From: a virus
IMG/VR virus record: IMGVR_UViG_3300035034_000461
Location: 8,746-72,745 of that record
Length of the DNA stretch: 64,000 nucleotides
Reading direction: 5' to 3' (one strand)
A model generated the notes under the pieces. That model saw only the letters and a program-made list of their open reading frames with translations, did not search any database and was not told the origin of the DNA. Numbering within the stretch: the first letter of the stretch is position 1; every line of letters starts with the position of its first letter. Both the position numbers and the translations under genes were made by a program. Of the stretch, positions 21,510 through 34,355 are shown piece after piece.

Positions 21510-21945
21510 TATGAAAAATATATAGAAGATGCTATTGAGATATCAATTGCGGATGATGATGTTGAACTATTTGAAGATTTCTTAGACTTTGCAGATCGGG
21601 TTATTAATAATAGATATTTGCAACATAGGGGGGAAGCCTATAAGGGGAGTGCAACTACTTTACCACTATTCGATTTTCGAATTAATCAAGTGAAGTATAA
21701 ATTTGATCGATTTGAAGTATATTATGAGACTTCCAAAGTCATACATGATTTTGAAAAATTTGATGTAGATCCTAGATCCTTGTAGATAACTGGCAAGATC
21801 AAGTTGATGAGATGATTAATAATAGGGCTAAGGCGATGGTGGAAGAAAAATTTGATAAAATCAGAGATAAAATTTCCGATTTTGAAAATACTCTTGATGA
21901 GTGGATTGTGGAAAGCTTTGGTAAAAACTAGAATACACTAGCAAC

Positions 21946-22722
21946 ATGAACGACAACAAAATCAGGGAAAAGCTCGCTAAAATGCTCACTCTTGCTGGAG
22001 ACAATACAGCAAGTCAGGGGGAGATTGACAATGCTCTTGCAATGGCAACTCAGATGATGGTTAAGTATAACCTCACACGGGATGACATCGACATGTCTCA
22101 AGACGATCCTATCAAGAATATCAAATATTCATCTAATACCGCTTTTACACTATCGGGTAAAGTGTATGTGTGGGAACTTTCTTTAGCTCATTTCATCTCT
22201 GATTTTATGGGAACTGTGAATCATTATATCAATAGTGGGAGATATAACAAACGTCCCAATGGTTTGCAAGAATTTGACAGCAATGGGAATCCCGTTGCAA
22301 CTCGTATGATCACATTCTATGGCGCGGAGGATGACTGTGAGATTGCAGTATCTTTATATCATGAGCTTCAAAAAGCCATTCAAATGGCTGCGGTAGTTCG
22401 CTATGGTAAATGGGCTAAAGGGGATGGTGGAGTCTATTGTGAGGGATTTGTGCAAGGTCTTGTGGATAGTAATGTGAATGAGATTCAGAAACTTAAAGAC
22501 TGCGATGCTCAAACCAATGCTCTTATTCTTGTATCGGAGCAAACACAACTAGCCATTCGTTCGGGGGCGACATCGTGGTTGGCTAAGTCTAAGGGTATAA
22601 AGCTTCGTAAGACTCAGGGATCATCTGGTGCTTCGGGATCTGGTAATGCTAGGCGTGAGGGTCGCAATGATGGATCTAATTATGGGGTTGAAAAACAAGG
22701 CGCAACGTGTAAGATTGGATAG
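21946..22722 (+). CDS. DUF2786-like domain protein
   Basis: KIREKLAKMLTLA...GE...A...A..MMVKYNL N-terminus. Confidence 0.7.
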   Translation: MNDNKIREKLAKMLTLAGDNTASQGEIDNALAMATQMMVKYNLTRDDIDMSQDDPIKNIKYSSNTAFTLSGKVYVWELSLAHFISDFMGTVNHYINSGRYNKRPNGLQEFDSNGNPVATRMITFYGAEDDCEIAVSLYHELQKAIQMAAVVRYGKWAKGDGGVYCEGFVQGLVDSNVNEIQKLKDCDAQTNALILVSEQTQLAIRSGATSWLAKSKGIKLRKTQGSSGASGSGNARREGRNDGSNYGVEKQGATCKIG

Positions 22723-22825
22723 TATGAACGATATAAAAGATAAGATTGATCTAAGTATGGGGTTGAAAAACAAGGCGCAACGTGTAAGATTGGATAGTAT
22801 GAGCGATATAAAAGATAAGATTGAT
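22673..22825 (+). repeat. 75-bp tandem duplication
   Basis: gatctaa.tatggggttgaaaaacaaggcg...gataagattgat at 22673 and 22748. Confidence 0.9.
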
Positions 22826-23078
22826 AAGATTAATAACTCATCTTTTAAAAAAGCTCAGAAGCTTATATACAAATGGGTGAAGACGAAACAGATTACATTC
22901 AGAGAATTTACAACTTTATGTGAGTGTAATAGAAATGCGATTTAATTATAAAAACTAGGATACAATAACGACATGCGAGATCAAAATTACATTAACAAAT
23001 ACATCGAAAGTATTCCGAGCTATGAACTTAGGAATGTCATGAAAAATTTAAAGATGAATTAATTAAACACTTACAAAT

Positions 23079-24440
23079 ATGACAACCGAAGATAGAGAAA
23101 TAGTTAAGATGATGGAACAATATGGGGGGAGCTTTGTTAAGTCTCTTACTCGCGCAATCTATTGTGCAGACACTAATAATTTTCAAAAGATTAAGGATGC
23201 ATTCCCCGAATTGTGGGTAAGATACAGAGAATTTGTGAAGGAAGACATTAGTGAACTACCCACGGCACAAGGCCATGGGCGTTCACAAATGATGAATTAG
23301 TAAAAACTAGGACATACTCACATCATGCAATACAAACTTACACACGCTCAAACACTTCCATTCTCTAAACGGAAAGGAGTAGATTCTGATGCAGTTTATA
23401 ATTTCCTATGCACAAGACACTATGCGTCATACATTGACAACTTCGCCAATGTATCCATGGATGCTCTTTTGTATAAGTGGAATGAGGCGACCCTAAAGGC
23501 GATCCAAGATGGACTCAAAGTGTAAAAACTAGAATATAATAACGACATGACAAAGACAAGCGATCTTAGAAAAATGGTGGAAGCTGATAACGCAGAAAAG
23601 AATCTGACAGTTTCCAAAAACAAATTCAAATCCTTTGCGGATTCTCAATCATGGTCAAATGATCAAGTTATTGAATCTTATCGGAAAATTGGAGAGGCGA
23701 CTACAGTAGCTGATGAAACTCATAAGAAGTTTATCAAGATCGGCCCAGCCAAACGTGATGCGGCAAAAGTTCTTCATAAGAAACTAGAGGATTATGGAAT
23801 GTTCATTGCTTCTCAAGGTGGATACTATTCAGGATCAGTATCACAAACGGTATTCTTTCAAGATCGTCCATCTGCACATACTACGGTATCTTCTGGTGAA
23901 CAATACTCAAGAGGTTGCACGTATCGCAAGAATGATGCAGATCATATCGTTGAATTCAATATGGATAATGCAAAGACTTTAGACGCGAATTGGGATATTG
24001 TGGAACTCTCTAAGAAAGATAGTCTATATATCATTGATATCAAAAAGCTAAAAAGTGGAGCGTTTGAATGTGTTTGGGTGACAATTAAGAATAAACAAAT
24101 TGTATCCGAAAGAGGATTTGTTGCTAAAATCGGAGACATGCTATATCATAGCACGAAATCTGAAAAACATGCTTTGGATGGTATCAAACGCAAACATACC
24201 ATGAACAAGAAAAACAGTCGGGAGAATGTTTTAAGCCGCCTTAAAAACTCTTCGGAGATTACTATGGGGGATGTTCGTAAACTTACAGGATGGTGTTCTG
24301 CGGGATGTAAGGCATGGGTGGAACGTTACATGGATGGGAAGAGTAGAGCAAAGCGTGAAGAGGTTGTGGAAGCTGCTAAGAAAGCCAAAGATAACGGGGA
24401 TACATATGCGCCTAGGTTACTGGATCTTCTTGGTGTGTAG
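23079..24440 (+). CDS. hypothetical proteins (23079..23300, 23325..23525, 23547..24440)
   Basis: ORFs following promoter elements. Confidence 0.6.
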
Positions 24441-24639
24441 AAACTAGGATAATATAAAGCTATGAAATGTCCGAAATGTGATAATGCGAAAGACTGACAT
24501 TTGGATCAGGAGAACTTGATTTTTATGGATATTGGGAATTCCCATGTGATTATCATGCTAGGGAACATGAGAAGAAATATCCCGAAGATGGCGAACAATG
24601 GCCACCCCCAATTGGTAAAAACTAGGATACAATAACACC

Positions 24640-25617
24640 ATGCTATTAAACACACAAGAAACAGGATTCACCAAATGCTCAGAGGTTGCCATTCCCGATG
24701 GCTTCTACAATCGTATGTCCACGGGATGTGATGAAATTGATCTGATGTTTGGAACTGAAGAGTTTCGGGGATTTCTTCCGGGATCTGCTATCACCATTAC
24801 GGGAACTCCCGGGGCGGGAAAAACTACAATGCTTTGTCAAGTTCTCGAAATGCTTAACAAGAACGGTAAAAAAACCGGATATGCTTCGGGGGAAGAGGCT
24901 CAATTTCAAGTAGCCTATACCACCAAACGTCTCGGAGTTACTGATATCGATATCGCTCATATTAAAGATGTTGAAGTGATTGCAGAGGCCATGAAGTCAT
25001 ATGATGTTATGGTTATTGATAGCTTTCAAGCTCTCCGTTCCAATAACGAAAAACTTGGTAAGAAAGCCTTTCTACAATATGCTCAAGATACACTATTGAA
25101 TGCAGCTAAGGATAATGAATGCACGTTGATTTTCGTTCTCCATATTACTACTGGTGGACTTCCTAAAGGTGGCACTGATATTATTCATGCGGTGGATGTC
25201 AATGTAAGTATCACAGTTGATAAAGATGATAAAACTATCCGAGTGATTAATATATATAAAAATCGCTTTGGAGCTACAAAACTTCATAAAGCGACTATGA
25301 CGCATAAAGGCTTCGACTTCCAAGGTGAGTATGTTCCCCCTTCCGATGACGCAAAAGAGGATACTAAATCTCCTCGTAAGCCAATGAGCGAAGAGCGTGA
25401 AGAGGTCGTCATGGGTATCACAGAGCCTCCTCACATCACTCTGCCAAGGGTCATGCAAGACTTGGGGGTAGGTGGTCAAACGGCTGGTATCCTCCTACGT
25501 GAGATGGTAGGTAAGGGCAAGCTTAAAAAGTATGGGAGAGGTGCGGAAGCGATCTGGAAATTTTGCAAAGTTGGTCAAGACATTTATAACAATTATAAAG
25601 AAACACAAAAAGTTTAA
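24640..25617 (+). CDS. RadA/Sms-like RecA-family ATPase
   Basis: STGCDEID, GTPGAGKTT, SGEE, IDSFQ, HAVD, KNRFG. Confidence 0.85.
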   Translation: MLLNTQETGFTKCSEVAIPDGFYNRMSTGCDEIDLMFGTEEFRGFLPGSAITITGTPGAGKTTMLCQVLEMLNKNGKKTGYASGEEAQFQVAYTTKRLGVTDIDIAHIKDVEVIAEAMKSYDVMVIDSFQALRSNNEKLGKKAFLQYAQDTLLNAAKDNECTLIFVLHITTGGLPKGGTDIIHAVDVNVSITVDKDDKTIRVINIYKNRFGATKLHKATMTHKGFDFQGEYVPPSDDAKEDTKSPRKPMSEEREEVVMGITEPPHITLPRVMQDLGVGGQTAGILLREMVGKGKLKKYGRGAEAIWKFCKVGQDIYNNYKETQKV

Positions 25618-25854
25618 GATATGAATCATACTGATAAATTCGATGGAAAAGCTCCTCCCACGGTGGAGAATGTTATTAAGATTCTTAATGAACTTCCCAA
25701 AGATTTGATATGTCACTTTAGACCAAAGTATCACGGTGATATGTCATGTTTCGATGAGATACCTCTAAACATGCATGGAATTGCAATTCTTGAAGACGAG
25801 AATGGAGAAGATCGGGTGACATTTTTAACATAAAAACTAGAATACAATAAGGAC

Positions 25855-26115
25855 ATGAAAACAATCGCACAACAACTAAACATTACGTACTTTCCGTTTA
25901 CTATCAAAGATAAGAACGGCAATCAGACTTACTTCGAAAATTCCAACGGATATTGGTTCAAACGTGAATTCGATTCGAACGGCAAAGAAATTTACTTCGA
26001 AAATTCCGATGGCGATATCCTCGATAACAGACCGAAGAAGCATGTCACTCTCACCATAAAGGAAATTGCCGACAAGCTCGGAGTCGATGTAAAAACCCTT
26101 CAAATCAAAGACTAA
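25855..26115 (+). CDS. MKTIAQQL-family variable repeat protein
   Basis: paralog architecture. Confidence 0.9.
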   Translation: MKTIAQQLNITYFPFTIKDKNGNQTYFENSNGYWFKREFDSNGKEIYFENSDGDILDNRPKKHVTLTIKEIADKLGVDVKTLQIKD

Positions 26116-26118
26116 TAT

Positions 26119-26565
26119 ATGAAAACAATCGCACAACAACTAAACGTTACGGACTTTCCGTGCATCATCAAAGATAATAACGGTAAAGAAACTTACTACG
26201 AAGTTTCAGGCGGATATTGGATTAAGCGTGAATACGATTCGAACGGCAATCAGACTTACTACGAAGATTCGACGGGATATTGGGACAAACGTGAATTTAA
26301 TAAAAACGGTAAAGAAACTTACCACGAAAATTCGACGGGATATTGGAACAAACGAGAATTCGATAAGAACGGTAAAGAAACTTACTACAAAGATTCGACG
26401 GGATATTGGGACAAACGAAAATTTAATAAGAACGGGAAAGAAATTTACCACGAAAATTCGACATCTGGCGTTATCACCGGCAATAGACCAAAGGTAACTC
26501 TCACACTACAAGAAATCGCCGAAAAGCTCGGTATCGATGTAAAAACCCTTCAAATCAAAGACTGA
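26119..26565 (+). CDS. MKTIAQQL-family variable repeat protein
   Basis: paralog with more repeats. Confidence 0.9.
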   Translation: MKTIAQQLNVTDFPCIIKDNNGKETYYEVSGGYWIKREYDSNGNQTYYEDSTGYWDKREFNKNGKETYHENSTGYWNKREFDKNGKETYYKDSTGYWDKRKFNKNGKEIYHENSTSGVITGNRPKVTLTLQEIAEKLGIDVKTLQIKD

Positions 26566-26669
26566 TATTATGAAACTACTACTCCTTGCATCTTCTGCCG
26601 CTGTATCGTCAAGCGACGCGCATGGGAGCTTGAGCTTTGGAATCGCGGAAACACACAAACAGTAAAAAG

Positions 26670-27227
26670 ATGAAAGAACATCTAATGATTGATCTCGAGA
26701 CGCTCGGGACGGTATCAAACACGGTCATCACCAGCATCGGTGCAGTGTTATTCGATTCAAACGGGCGAGTAATCGATGAATTTCATTCAGACGTGTCGAT
26801 GGCATCGTGCGTAGATCTTGGTATGAAGATCGATCCAGCCACGATGTCTTGGTGGATGGGCCAAAGCAAGGTCGCTCAGGCTCACATCGTTCTACCAGAC
26901 GAGACCAAACGCACACTCGGCGAAGCTCTATTACACCTTTCTGACTTTCTCCATGAGGTTGCGGCCGATCCGAGCGAAACCAGAGTATGGGGCAACGGAG
27001 CTTCGTTCGATAACTCGATGATGCAATATTCTTACAAATTGGTAGGTGAGGAGTTGCCGTGGAAGTTCTGGAATGATCGCTGTTTCCGCACGGTGAAGAA
27101 TATATGTGGACATATTAAGCCCGATCCGCGCCTTGGAACTCACCACGACGCCTTAGACGACGCGAAGCATCAGGCTAGTCACCTCATCAAAATCTCTCGA
27201 GCGTACCCAAATGTCCTCGACACATAG
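26670..27227 (+). CDS. DEDDh 3'-5' exoribonuclease (Rv2179c-like)
   Basis: MIDLETLG, WGNGASFD, HHDALDDA; higher GC than flanks. Confidence 0.85.
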   Translation: MKEHLMIDLETLGTVSNTVITSIGAVLFDSNGRVIDEFHSDVSMASCVDLGMKIDPATMSWWMGQSKVAQAHIVLPDETKRTLGEALLHLSDFLHEVAADPSETRVWGNGASFDNSMMQYSYKLVGEELPWKFWNDRCFRTVKNICGHIKPDPRLGTHHDALDDAKHQASHLIKISRAYPNVLDT

Positions 27228-27300
27228 TTGAAAATAATGAAATTAGTGGTGTACAAACCGCTGAAAGTATGGTAGAATTATCTAGTAAGGAAACTATATT

Positions 27301-27681
27301 ATGAAAACAATCGCCCAACAACTAAACGTTAAGGATTTTCCATTTATCATCAAAGATAAGAACGGTAAACGAACTTACTCTGAAGATTCGACGGGGTATT
27401 GGAGCAAACGAGAATATGATAAAAACGGTAAACAAACTTACTACGAAGATTCCAACAGATATTGGTGCAAACGAGAATTCGATAAGATCGGGAATCAAAC
27501 TTACTTCGAAGATTAGACGTATTGGAGCAAACGAGAATCTGATTCTAACGGCTGCGAAATTTACTTAGAAGATTCGACATCTGGCGTTATCACCGATGAC
27601 AGACCGAAGGTAACTTTCACTATCAAAGAGATCGCCGAAAAGCTCGGTATCGATGTAAAAACCCTTCAAATTAAAAAATAA
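27301..27681 (+). pseudogene. MKTIAQQL-family paralog with premature TAG
   Basis: TCG to TAG at 27514-27516; the frame continues to an intact C-cap ending 27681. Confidence 0.85.
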
Positions 27682-27707
27682 TTTCATAAGTTAAACACTT
27701 ATATCAT

Positions 27708-27784
27708 TCTCCTATAGCTCAATCGGTTAGAGCGTCATTTTCATAAAGTGGGGGTTCTTGGTTCAAGTCCAAGTGGGAGAACCA
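27708..27784 (+). tRNA. tRNA-CAT (likely Ile2)
   Basis: cloverleaf TCTCCTA...TT CAT AA...TTCAAGT...TGGGAGA A CCA; directly upstream of tilS. Confidence 0.85.
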
Positions 27785-27804
27785 ATTTTAATATATATAT
27801 AAAC

Positions 27805-28419
27805 ATGATCAAAGTATTTCCAGACATCCCCAAAAAGTTTACCTTACTGGTATCTGGTGGCGTTGATAGTGTGGTGGCCTGCGTGTGGCTCAAAAAAGTA
27901 TATAGAAAAGAATTTGAAGTTCTCCACTTCAATCATAATATACAAGAGTCAAATCGGTTCATGGAAAGTTCAGTATTGAGCCTATGTAAAGATTTGAATA
28001 TCAACATTTCGGTGATATTCAAGCCAAAGGGGGGGGATGTATCGGAAAATAGTCTGAGAGCTTGGAGACTTTCAAATTTAAAATCCATCGGTGGAAACTT
28101 CATAACGGCTCATCACATGGGAGATGTAAAGGAAAACTATCTTTCGAATTGTATTAAGGGTCATGGTGGTCACGTTCCCATCGCAAAGCATACTGACCTC
28201 AATTCATACACAAAAGTATATCATCCATTTCTACTGACAAATAAAGACGACTTCGTTGAATACGCTAAAAATGAAAAATTGCGACGATACATTGTAGAAG
28301 ATCCCACAAACACTTCCATGTGTCACACGAGAAACTGGATCAGAAAAATGATTGGAGAGATGGAAGATCGTGGACTTGGCATGGAGAAAATGATCAGGAG
28401 AAACTTTTATAAAAACTAG
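27805..28419 (+). CDS. tilS: tRNA(Ile)-lysidine synthetase (catalytic domain only)
   Basis: SGGVDS PP-loop, HFNH, TAHH..D..E, PFL, EDPTN, RNWIR. Confidence 0.85.
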   Translation: MIKVFPDIPKKFTLLVSGGVDSVVACVWLKKVYRKEFEVLHFNHNIQESNRFMESSVLSLCKDLNINISVIFKPKGGDVSENSLRAWRLSNLKSIGGNFITAHHMGDVKENYLSNCIKGHGGHVPIAKHTDLNSYTKVYHPFLLTNKDDFVEYAKNEKLRRYIVEDPTNTSMCHTRNWIRKMIGEMEDRGLGMEKMIRRNFYKN

Positions 28420-28436
28420 GATACACTAACGACACA

Positions 28437-31400
28437 ATGAACTACGACGAAATGACATCAGATGAATTGTTTGAACTTGCGGAAAATAAAAAGCTGGAAG
28501 AATCAAATATCAAAACGGGGGAATTACAACTTTATGTGTGGGAGGAGTTTGAGCCTGATTACACAAGTGGACTAGCGTTTACTTTGGCTAGAAGCTTGAA
28601 AGATGCCAAGAGGCAAGTAATGGAAGAGCGAAACAGCTGTGATGTTTATGGTTGGGGGACTTTAACCGTTCATGGTCTAACCGATCCTATTACCTATCGG
28701 GTATCTGGGGGAGGCTAACTGATAAAAACTAGGATACACTAACGACACAATGAAAACACTACAAAGTAACTGGATGGGTGGAGCAAGTCACGTTCCCACA
28801 AAATATCGCGCATCTTCCAAGGGTAAGATCTTCACTCGTAATGAGAGAATTTCTATTATCCTCAACGAAGCTCACAGGGTGGAGGCCAAGATCAAACGCT
28901 TGGAACTTATCACCAAGGCTAAGGAAGAAGCTGCGAAGGAAAAGAACGCTCGCCAATCTTTCTTCAAGGCTAATGCGGCAATGATGGAGAATCCTACTGC
29001 TAAGCTTCGCAAGAGTAAGGATGGATTCTTCCTACAAGGTCGTAATGAGCGGGGATCTTTCCTTCCTAAGATCACTATCTAATATCATGGGCGCACATAG
29101 CACACTAAGATTCTCTAGGGGTAAAGCCATTGATTATATCAATCTAACGATGGCGAAAAATACCCTATCTGATAAGGACTTGGAACACCTTATGGATGTT
29201 CTACTAGAATCACAACTCTATAACTGTGCATCATCTCTGATTTTGATGATGATGGAAAAATAATTGAATAATAAAAACTAAAATACAATAACGACATGTG
29301 GAAACCATTTAAAAAGAACGTAGACAAGTTGGAAATCAAATTGGCGGGACTACTCGCATTGAAAACCAGTATGCGAGAAGTTATGAACGCCGCCAGGAAA
29401 TCTACGTGGTATTATATTGAGGACTATGATAAGGTTGTCGTGAAAATTGCAGAACTGGAAAAGGAAATCGAAATTCTTAAAAGATAATACTATGAATAAC
29501 AATTTATTAGCTGTGGCAATATATATCATTAGTTCACTTATATTCCTTATAATTGGATTTATTGGAGGTAGTCGTTATGAGTTTACGCGAGTTATGGGGG
29601 AAGCTCATAAACTTGGATATACACAACACCTCATTAATTCGAAACATGAATCAACGTATATATGGCGCGACTTCCACGATGTTGAAAAACATTATTCAGG
29701 ATTGGAGGAAGAATTCCTAGAGGATTTACCCGAGTTTGAAGTGGATAGTAAAAACTAGGATATCATAGGCTCATGGAAACGAGAACATTTGAAATCGAAA
29801 TCGAAGAGGGGGAACTTGAAATTGTCAGCGGGGAAGTTAAGTCTCCACATGGAATGTTAGAAGTGGAGGCGGTGATTAAATTCCATGCCGATTTGGTGAC
29901 TGAACATCATGGGCAAAGCCTTTATGAATATTATCACACGGTGGAGGAAATCACAAGCATGGAACTATTCGATTGGGATGGCCAAGAGATTGATCTATCT
30001 GATGTTGAGGAAAAATTTCTATTTGAATATGTCAAAGAATCAATTGAAATCATGGATATTGAGGAATAATAACGAGTAAAAACTAGGATAAAATAACACC
30101 ATGATTGAATATACTAAAGTTCCCAAGGTTTCCGGTTCATCCATTCAAACGATTAACATCTCAAAGGATGGTAAGTCATACGGTCAAATGTGGACATGGC
30201 CAAACACAAAAAATGAGACGCATCCATGGCATGTCAAATTGCTGAATAATACTCACAATATTTCATATGCCATGCCAAAAGCCAAATCATTGAAGCAACT
30301 TAAAACATGGGTGGAAGCATAATGACACAAGATCGAATCACACTAATAAAAATCAAAGCTGATGAATCTAGGTTACAATCATATCCAACATTGAGAGTGG
30401 GACAATCTCTGATGAATTCTTTATATACCATTGATAAGGAACTATATAAAGATGTTATGTTAGATGGATGTGATCCTTTTTACGATGATCGAAAGATTGA
30501 AGCATTTTGGAACTTTTTAAAAACTAGGATAAACTAACACCATGACGACAATCGAAACGACACTATTTAGTTATACAGAACTATCCGAAGATGCCAAGAA
30601 ATTGGTAATCCAAAACAAAATCAAATCTGCGGAAACGGATGATATGTTCTTACAATATTCATCGGATAGCATGATGGATTCTCTCAAATCTATTACAGAA
30701 TCTTGCAGTCTCAAAATGGTGGACTGGTGCTTTGGCTCATACTCTAGGAATTATTGTGTAAAGGTTCGTAATGATTACTACGAAGATCTGGAAGGCAATC
30801 GTGCAATCGCATGGTTTCTAAGGGTTCTAATTGATAATGGTTATAGCCGCCCTAAGAAGTTTAAAGATATGAAATTCAATGGAGTGTGTGGATTCACTGG
30901 AATGGGATATGATGAAGATATCTTAGAAACCATTTACGGGGAATTGCTTAATGGGAAAACCGTAGCTAAGGCATTTGACTCGGTAGGTAAGAAACTATCA
31001 GATATGCTATATGATGAATATGTATATCTAACAAGTGAAGAGGGTATCATGGATCATCTCGACGAAAAAGAGGAAATCTATACAGAAGATGGAGAGGAAT
31101 ATTAACTTTTAACAATAAACAAATATAATAATATGGGATTTTTTTTCATGGAAAGCAAGTATATATCCTTTCCAAACCCAAGGGGACGATCAGGGGGTGG
31201 AAATTGCTTTATCTATCAGTGTAGGTAATGCGAGTTTCGACGTAAGAGATTTTGAGTAAAAACTAGAATACAATAGCACTATGAATATAAACGAAATGGA
31301 AGATGGTCAAGTGGGAATCGTGACTAAATGGGTTGATTTCACTCCGATGGTAGGACAAATAGTCCAGAGGTATGGAAATAAGATAATCGTAATTGGAAAA

Positions 31401-33633
31401 CACTCAGGAAAAACTTATACTAATATTTTGAGTTCTTCGAGTTCTTCGAATTTGGATGGGTATACAGTAACTATTATCACGGAAATCAATGTCACTTACA
31501 CGGAGACAATTACCAAAAATACAACAATCACTTTATAAAAACTAGAGTAAGATATGGACATGATGAATATCCAATACGACAACACCGCAAAAGTCAAAGC
31601 TGAAGCAGATAGGAATGAAAATCTTATCAATCGTGTGGATGCCAAGGTGAAAGGGTTCGCTAAGTATAACACGCCTGAGTGTATTATCGGGAAGAATGCT
31701 TACAACGTCAACGGGTGCAAGGTTGGGAAAGTGGAAGCGGTATCCAGAGACTCTCTAGTTATCCGTGGTCAATGGCAACGGGTGGAAGAGTGGAAACCTA
31801 CGCCATGGACTGCTGAAGAGAAGGAGGCGTATTGGAATCACCGCAAGGTGGAATCTGAAAGAATTCACAATCAAACGCAAATATTCTATTACAATCTAAG
31901 GGAAAAGGCAAAGCTTCGCAAGGAATTCACTGGCCGATAAAAAATAGGATATTATAACGACATGTGGACAACTAAGAAATTTACAACCTCCAAAAAGCTC
32001 AAAGAGTGGACGGAAAATAATCATCACAAATACCAGATCGTGGAGATTGCAATTAATAATGGATGGGCAGTTGATTACAAGATGCTGCGAATCATTGGGT
32101 AAAAACTACAACACACTAGCAACATGACAACGGAAGAGGTTCACAACAGTCTATGTTCCTATGATACCAGAAATACTTTATATGCGGACAACCTCGTGTG
32201 CCACGACGCTGGAGATATCCCTACGGCGCGGGAAGGTTGCTATTGCGATAATTGTTTCTCTGGAAGAGACGCGCTGGCAGTGGAAGTCTTAAGGTATCGA
32301 GAAAAACTTGGAGAGTGGACGGAAAATAACACCCACAGATACCAAACGTGTAATTAAATATTAGTATGTCCAGAAAAGTAAATCACTGGCCGATAAAAAC
32401 TACAATAGACTGAGGACATGCAAGACAAACAATGTAACTGCTGTGAACCATTGGGTAAAAACTAGAATATAATAAGGACATGAAGATGACACTAAGCACA
32501 CACGATATCGCACACGAACTTTATAACGATAATAATTCAGATTTTTCTTGGAACGGGGCAAACGCTCTCGCGGAATATCTGAGTCAACTGGAAGATGACA
32601 TGGGGGAAACACTTGAATTTGATAAGGTCGGAATCAGTTGTGATTTCTCGGAATATAATAGCCTTGTGGAATGGGCTAAGGATTACTTTTCAGACTGGAG
32701 AGAAGATCTTTATATTGAAGAAGATGCGGATGAAGATGATATTGATAGCGTTATCCAAGATTACATTTACGATCATGGCCAACTCATTGAATTTGACGGC
32801 GGAATCATCGTATCATCTTTCTAAGATAACTCTCTGATTATCAAAGAGTTAATAAAACGTAAAAACTAGAATACAATAACGCCATGACGAAAGAAGAACT
32901 TAGAGTAAAGTATCCTGACATTGCAATCGAAACCATTTGGGTGCAAGATCCATATTTCAGTTGGGATGGAGATGGGGAAGATCCAAGGGGTAGTGGTTAT
33001 TTTCCCTATGATGTGGAAGTAAGAGCTACGAGAATTACCAATGGGGAACTTGTGGAAGGATCTGCTCATATAGGAGGATCATATTCAAGGGAAGGTGAAC
33101 ATTGCCCTGATATTAATGGAAATTTCCGACAACTGGCACGGGAAGCAATTGAGAATTGCCTTAAGGGAATTTAAGTTATGTTACACGGAAAAATAGATTT
33201 CATTCTAATCTTAACAGCCATAATTTTATTTCTTGTGGGAATGTGGCAATTCGCACTACTAGCTCTCTTTATTATGTTTATCTTTTCATCATCTGATGAT
33301 CGATCGTAAAAACTAGGATATACTAAGGACATGACAAACCAAGAAAAAGCACAAGAATTCAAATCAACCTGCGAAAAATACGGGTTCACTTATTCATTCA
33401 CTCCTAGCGTGATCAGAGTATTTAAGACAATTCCAATTGGAGATCATATAGCCTTCCGTGAGTGTGATATGATGGTGGGAAGCGTTCTAAGTAAAGCTCC
33501 TCTAAGGGGTGGTAGTGAGTGGGGAACGGATGGAGGGAGTATCGGTGGAATGACTGCAATCAACACCGGAAAATTTCAAATGAATAAGTCCGGTTCTGGT
33601 AAGGCATTTATCAATGCACTAGCAAAGATCTAA
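28437..33633 (+). CDS. array of small early hypothetical proteins (28437..28718, 28750..29082, 29296..29487, 29492..29758, 29773..30069, 30101..30322, 30322..30537, 30542..31105, 31281..31538, 31560..31940, 32124..32357, 32480..32824, 32884..33174, 33331..33633)
   Basis: nearly all start directly after the promoter element; several are very acidic. Confidence 0.65.
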
Positions 33634-33659
33634 TATAAAAACTAGGATAGAATGACAAT

Positions 33660-34334
33660 ATGAAAACAATCGCACAACAACTAAACGTTAAAGACTTTCC
33701 GTATATCATCACAGATAAAGACGGTAATCAAACTTACTTCGAAGATACGTACGGATTTTGGAACAAACGAGAATATGATAAAAACGGTAAAGAAACTTAC
33801 TTCGAAAATACGACGGGATATTGGAGCAAACGAAAATTTAATAAGAACGGGAAAGAAATTTACCACGAAAATTCGACATCTGGCGTTATCACCGATGACA
33901 GACCAAAGACAAACTCAGAGTTCCTGCCAAACCCCTTCGCATCAAAGACTATTATGAAAACAATCGCACAACAACTAAACGTTACGGACTTTCCGTTCAT
34001 CATCAAAGATAATAACGGTAAAGAAACTTACTACGAAGATTCGAAGGGATATTGGCTCAAACGAGAACATGATAAGAACGGTGAACGAACTTACTACGAA
34101 GATTCGACGGGACATTGGGTCAAACGAAAATTTGATAAAAACGGTAAACAAACTTACTACGAAGATTCGTACGGATATTGTTACAAAAGGGAATTTGATT
34201 CGAACGGTAAAGAAACTTACCACGAAAATCCGGATGGAAAGGTCATCGATAATAGGCCAAAGGTAACTTTCACTATCAAAGAGATCGCTGAAAAGCTTGG
34301 AGTTGCTGTAGAGACTCTAAGGATCAAAGAGTAA
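33660..34334 (+). CDS. MKTIAQQL-family fused double unit
   Basis: two units joined by TNSEFLPNPFASKTI. Confidence 0.9.
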   Translation: MKTIAQQLNVKDFPYIITDKDGNQTYFEDTYGFWNKREYDKNGKETYFENTTGYWSKRKFNKNGKEIYHENSTSGVITDDRPKTNSEFLPNPFASKTIMKTIAQQLNVTDFPFIIKDNNGKETYYEDSKGYWLKREHDKNGERTYYEDSTGHWVKRKFDKNGKQTYYEDSYGYCYKREFDSNGKETYHENPDGKVIDNRPKVTFTIKEIAEKLGVAVETLRIKE

Positions 34335-34355
34335 AAACTAGGATATACTGAGGAC

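Noticed and set aside
27514-27516. TAG stop-codon reassignment suggested by an in-frame TAG in a paralog
   Set aside because: TAG terminates many intact genes here, long genes have no internal TAG, and no suppressor tRNA was seen. It is a single TCG to TAG mutation.
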